Sequence record: NZ_CP148139.1
Reading direction: 5' to 3' (one strand)
DNA: 64,000 nucleotides
From: a plasmid
Position numbers and translations under genes: made by a program. This document shows, one piece after another, positions 60,842 through 64,000 of the stretch. Each line of letters starts with the position of its first letter. Position 1 is the stretch's first letter. The notes under the pieces are model-generated. The model was not told where the DNA came from and ran no database searches. It was given only the letters and a program-made list of their open reading frames with translations.

Positions 60842-61841
60842 TAGACCACCATTCAGGAGCTGCTAATGAATCATCTGAAACTTTCCAACCAAAGTTAATC
60901 AACATTTTCTTTATATTATAAGGTTTATCCATAAAATAGCTCATGTGGGTTTTATTGTTCTTTGTGACCTGCCCTGCTGCCCTAACTGAAGTAATACCAA
61001 TGTAGGTCGTTAAATCTGCAAGTGTATAACCTAAATACGTTACATCTGACAATTCTTCGATACGCTTATTTTCATGAATAGTGTTTAGTATGCCCTCTAA
61101 TTCTGATTTAACAAACATATACAATTGTCTGCTATCACTACCGGTTATTTCTTTCCTTTCATCGTAGTGGCTATTATGAACATTCTCATTATCCTTGTTA
61201 TTTTCAAGCCACCAATTAGGTGCAGATAAATTATTGTTGGTAACAACCCATCCATGATTAATAAGAACAAGCGCATTATTAAATGTATACTTTGAAAGTT
61301 TCAATTCATTAACTTCAGACAAAAAGATTGCTTGTTTATCAATGCATTCTAAAATACCAAGATCTATTAACATTGCGGTAATAGATGATTGATTTCTATG
61401 TATTTTATCTGCGATTGAGCTTAGGTTCATCTTGTTTTGTATCATGGAGATAACTATATGAATTTCCTCATTAACCCATACTGTTTCATTACGATTCAAT
61501 TCGATAGTGTTGCTCATAGGGAACTGATCATTACTCACCCACCACTTGGGGGATTTAAGAGATTCCTCCCTATTTGATAACTCATATATCCATCCAAGTT
61601 CTAGTAATTTAGGAATAAATGATGAATGAGGAATGAGGTAGTTTAAATTAGTACTCCTAGCCGTACATATCTTATTATCCTTGTGATTTATTTCACACAA
61701 TCCCATATTCAATAATTTAGAGAGGACATCATTTACACTACGACCGGTATATTTGCATGTTTTTTCAATGAAGAATGGCTCGTCAATCGCCCCAATCAAC
61801 TTTGTTATTTCGGAACAAGTCCATGTGGTTAGGTTTCGCAT
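60831..61841 (-). CDS. protein with three internal ~110-aa repeats (HTH-like segment followed by a GW...AP.WW motif)
   Basis: Each repeat ends 'LELGWIYELSN..KSPKWWVSND', 'LINHGWVVTNNNLSAPNWWLENN' or 'LINFGWKVSDDSLAAPEWWSNEE'. Confidence 0.45.
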   Translation of the reverse strand: MRNLTTWTCSEITKLIGAIDEPFFIEKTCKYTGRSVNDVLSKLLNMGLCEINHKDNKICTARSTNLNYLIPHSSFIPKLLELGWIYELSNREESLKSPKWWVSNDQFPMSNTIELNRNETVWVNEEIHIVISMIQNKMNLSSIADKIHRNQSSITAMLIDLGILECIDKQAIFLSEVNELKLSKYTFNNALVLINHGWVVTNNNLSAPNWWLENNKDNENVHNSHYDERKEITGSDSRQLYMFVKSELEGILNTIHENKRIEELSDVTYLGYTLADLTTYIGITSVRAAGQVTKNNKTHMSYFMDKPYNIKKMLINFGWKVSDDSLAAPEWWSNEE

Positions 61842-61861
61842 AACTATTTAACTCAAATCAT

Positions 61862-62680
61862 TTAAAATGGTATAATATTGGCATGGTCATAAGCTATTTC
61901 ATTGAATGTGTCTTTGGATATAATTTCAGTTTTAATACGTTCTAACATTGCCAGTTGATCCCATATTACTGTAAAATCATCTGAGCTAACATGATTATTA
62001 GTATATATATTATGAAATGCGTCTTTAAGGTTAAATATATTAATGTTGCTTCCATGCGAGTGTGTATTTATACCAAGGTAGTTAATCAACCACTGAATTT
62101 TGATAAGTCTAACGCAAAGATCTACACAGTATCGACTAACTTCATATTCTCCAGAAGCGAAAGATTCTGCATGTAATACAAGTTCCTCATATAACTTTAA
62201 AAACTCAAGGCTTTCTATCTTTGCTCTATGTTCTGTCAAAATGTTATAAATTTTAACTGTATTGCTATCTAAGTCATTTTCTTCAGGAAAATATAGCGTT
62301 ACCTTTTCTTGTTCACGCCAGTTTGGTTTTTTATTGTTTAATTCTAATTCCACGTATTTTTGAAGCCAAATATACTTAATTGATTTACTTGTTATAGATG
62401 TGTAGAAAACAAAAAATGGTACATTAAATAACAATGCATATTCTATAGTTTTGACGGGGAAATCTGGCATTTTAACACTACCATTAAAAATTTTTTCAGT
62501 GCCTTTGGCTTGTACAAAAAAACAGTCTCCTGTCGCTTTTTCGTTCTTAAATACTTGAATCATTAAATCGATCCCATAGTCACGTTCACCTATGGTATGG
62601 ACAACCCAATCTTTAGCTGGAACCTTCACATTGATAAGTGCATTTGCTTGAGAGTCGGTTACATGCGATTTACTTCTCAT
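61862..62680 (-). CDS. DUF4365/DREN-like PD-(D/E)XK nuclease-fold protein (272 aa)
   Basis: N-terminal 'ERDYGIDLMIQ...FFVQAKGT' resembles the DYGID...QxK signature recalled for DUF4365. Confidence 0.35.
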   Translation of the reverse strand: MRSKSHVTDSQANALINVKVPAKDWVVHTIGERDYGIDLMIQVFKNEKATGDCFFVQAKGTEKIFNGSVKMPDFPVKTIEYALLFNVPFFVFYTSITSKSIKYIWLQKYVELELNNKKPNWREQEKVTLYFPEENDLDSNTVKIYNILTEHRAKIESLEFLKLYEELVLHAESFASGEYEVSRYCVDLCVRLIKIQWLINYLGINTHSHGSNINIFNLKDAFHNIYTNNHVSSDDFTVIWDQLAMLERIKTEIISKDTFNEIAYDHANIIPF

Positions 62681-62693
62681 AATTCATCCTTTG

Positions 62694-63647
62694 TTAGTAT
62701 TGAAGGTTACGTGCAGCAGCCTCTAAGCGCGTTACACCTCGTTTATCATATCGCTGTGTAGTAGCGACACTACTGTGTCCCATCGCTTCTCTGACAGTAA
62801 GTAGGTCCTCACCGAGTTCTAACAGCTTAGTAGCATAGGTTCGGCGGCAATCATGGGGTGTGAATGACTCTAATTCTGAATCTTTCACCAATTTATCAAT
62901 AATATACCGTAAACCATCGGTTGTTATTCTATCGCAAGTCACATCATCATTTTTACGAATACGGGTGAAAACTGCACCGGAATGATCTCCCCTAACAGTT
63001 TCAATCCATAAGCGAGTGCGGCGGAGGGTATCACTTGGCATAAAATTAGTTCTTTCTTTGTTACCCTTCCCCATTATTTTTACGGCGTAGTTATCAAAAT
63101 TGATATCTTCCATATCTAACAAAGTGACTTCAGCACGGCGCAAACCGCATCCGAGCATCAGTGAAACAATCGCTGCATCACGTATAGAGACTGCGGTGTT
63201 TAGGCTATCAAGATGCTGATAAATTTGCGTTATTTCACTACTACTCAGTGAACGCCCTCTACCAATACGGTTCCCACGAATGCGACGTATGCTTCTAATA
63301 TCCTGATATGTATCGCTATCTATGGCTCGTGATGCTCTGGCTTCTTCAGCAACCCCTTTAATCGCGCTCAGGACTAGGTTGATACTATTTGGGGTCTTTT
63401 TCTCCAGTATTAACTTCTGAAGTACCAATTGGACCGAATCCCGATCCATAATGGACCAGTCAAACGTGAATGGGTCCTTAGAACGAAACAGCCTGACCAC
63501 CGACACGAGGCAGGATCGCATTGTCTTTTGACTTTGTTTGGAACGCAGCCGTAGCAAATAGCTGGTTGCTGGATTGTTGGTGTTTTTCGTCATGTTATTT
63601 ACATCAACAATACTTGTTACAGTGTCACGTAATATTAACTCTCCCAT
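62694..63647 (-). CDS. tyrosine recombinase (XerC/XerD-like)
   Basis: 'GLRRAEV' (Arg I), 'HDCRRTYAT' (His-x-x-Arg), and 'GHSSVATTQRY' (catalytic Tyr). 317 aa. Confidence 0.75.
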   Translation of the reverse strand: MGELILRDTVTSIVDVNNMTKNTNNPATSYLLRLRSKQSQKTMRSCLVSVVRLFRSKDPFTFDWSIMDRDSVQLVLQKLILEKKTPNSINLVLSAIKGVAEEARASRAIDSDTYQDIRSIRRIRGNRIGRGRSLSSSEITQIYQHLDSLNTAVSIRDAAIVSLMLGCGLRRAEVTLLDMEDINFDNYAVKIMGKGNKERTNFMPSDTLRRTRLWIETVRGDHSGAVFTRIRKNDDVTCDRITTDGLRYIIDKLVKDSELESFTPHDCRRTYATKLLELGEDLLTVREAMGHSSVATTQRYDKRGVTRLEAAARNLQY

Positions 63648-64000
63648 TACCGCCCTCTTTGGTGTAGAAAATTAGTGTAAAAATTATCGTTGATTCTGGT
63701 GCGTCAAACAGCAATACCTATCGAAAACCTAAAAAGATTTTACGCTACTACATTAAACGTATATTTAACCGAGTAAAGGGTAGCACAGGTATTTATCATC
63801 GAATAGCTAAAATATCGGTATTAGTACGCATTAAAAGGCTTGCAATCTTTAAATTGTTGTATAATGAAATTACGTTGTAAGTTCATAAAACTAATAATGA
63901 TTTTTACATTACTAATTACCTAACTGTTTCGGAGAGGGATAATGTCAGCGGTAAATGACTTGGGCTTTGGTTTGGTTATTACATTTTGGATCTGTCTAGC

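Noticed and set aside
1-64000. Calling the element an SXT/R391 integrative conjugative element
   Set aside because: The tra gene content and the bet/exo/cobS module fit that family. However, the Rep_3 initiator with iterons, the ParMR partition system, the displaced traN and traA, and a small XerC/D-type recombinase rather than a P4-type integrase point to a plasmid, or at least a non-canonical relative. I cannot decide without flanking sequence.

Overview
This 64-kb window is almost entirely a low-GC conjugative element with a MOBH relaxase and an F-type (MPF-F) type IV secretion system. Its gene content and order resemble SXT/R391 ICEs and IncA/C, IncHI and IncT plasmids, but it also carries plasmid maintenance functions, so I read it as a conjugative plasmid backbone (or an ICE with a plasmid-like replicon) rather than a classical SXT ICE. 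The maintenance functions are a Rep_3-type initiator next to a large iteron array (dispersed plus tandem 22-bp repeats) and an actin-like ParM/ParR partition system with a parC-like repeat region. On the minus strand, in transcription order, I recognise the following. (1) The MobH relaxase TraI (HD-domain motifs) and the coupling protein TraD. (2) TraL, TraE, TraK, TraB and TraV. (3) A DsbC-like protein, TraC, a TrhF-like S26 peptidase, TraW and TraU. (4) A variable slot followed by a conserved recombination and ATPase module: an SSB-like protein, a RecT-like annealing protein, a YqaJ/lambda-Exo-like exonuclease, a MoxR/CobS-like AAA+ ATPase, and a vWA protein with an HExxH motif. (5) TraF, TraH and TraG. 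(6) An apparently displaced cysteine-rich TraN. On the plus strand I recognise an operon of an SLT lytic transglycosylase, a putative SetD-like protein, a FlhC/SetC-like activator and a lipoprotein. Also on the plus strand is an operon of a lipoprotein, a DsbA-like protein and a TraA-like pilin placed near traI. Several accessory loci lack an obvious conjugation role and are the best candidates for cargo, defence or anti-defence functions. (a) A zinc-ribbon protein fused to a PLD(HKD-variant) nuclease-like domain sits in the traU-proximal variable slot. (b) A compact UvrD-like SF1 helicase lies convergent with a two-gene unit encoding a PD-(D/E)XK nuclease-fold protein. (c) A four-gene operon encodes signal peptidase I, a small lipoprotein, a secreted SGNH/GDSL hydrolase and a 4-TM Mrr-catalytic-domain protein. 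(d) A very AT-rich islet next to a XerC/D-like tyrosine recombinase encodes a DUF4365/DREN-like nuclease-fold protein, a protein with three internal wHTH/'WW' repeats and a small membrane protein. (e) Three AT-rich orphan genes sit next to the partition locus. No rRNA, tRNA or CRISPR array was recognised. All assignments come from motif and architecture recognition by eye; nothing was verified by search.
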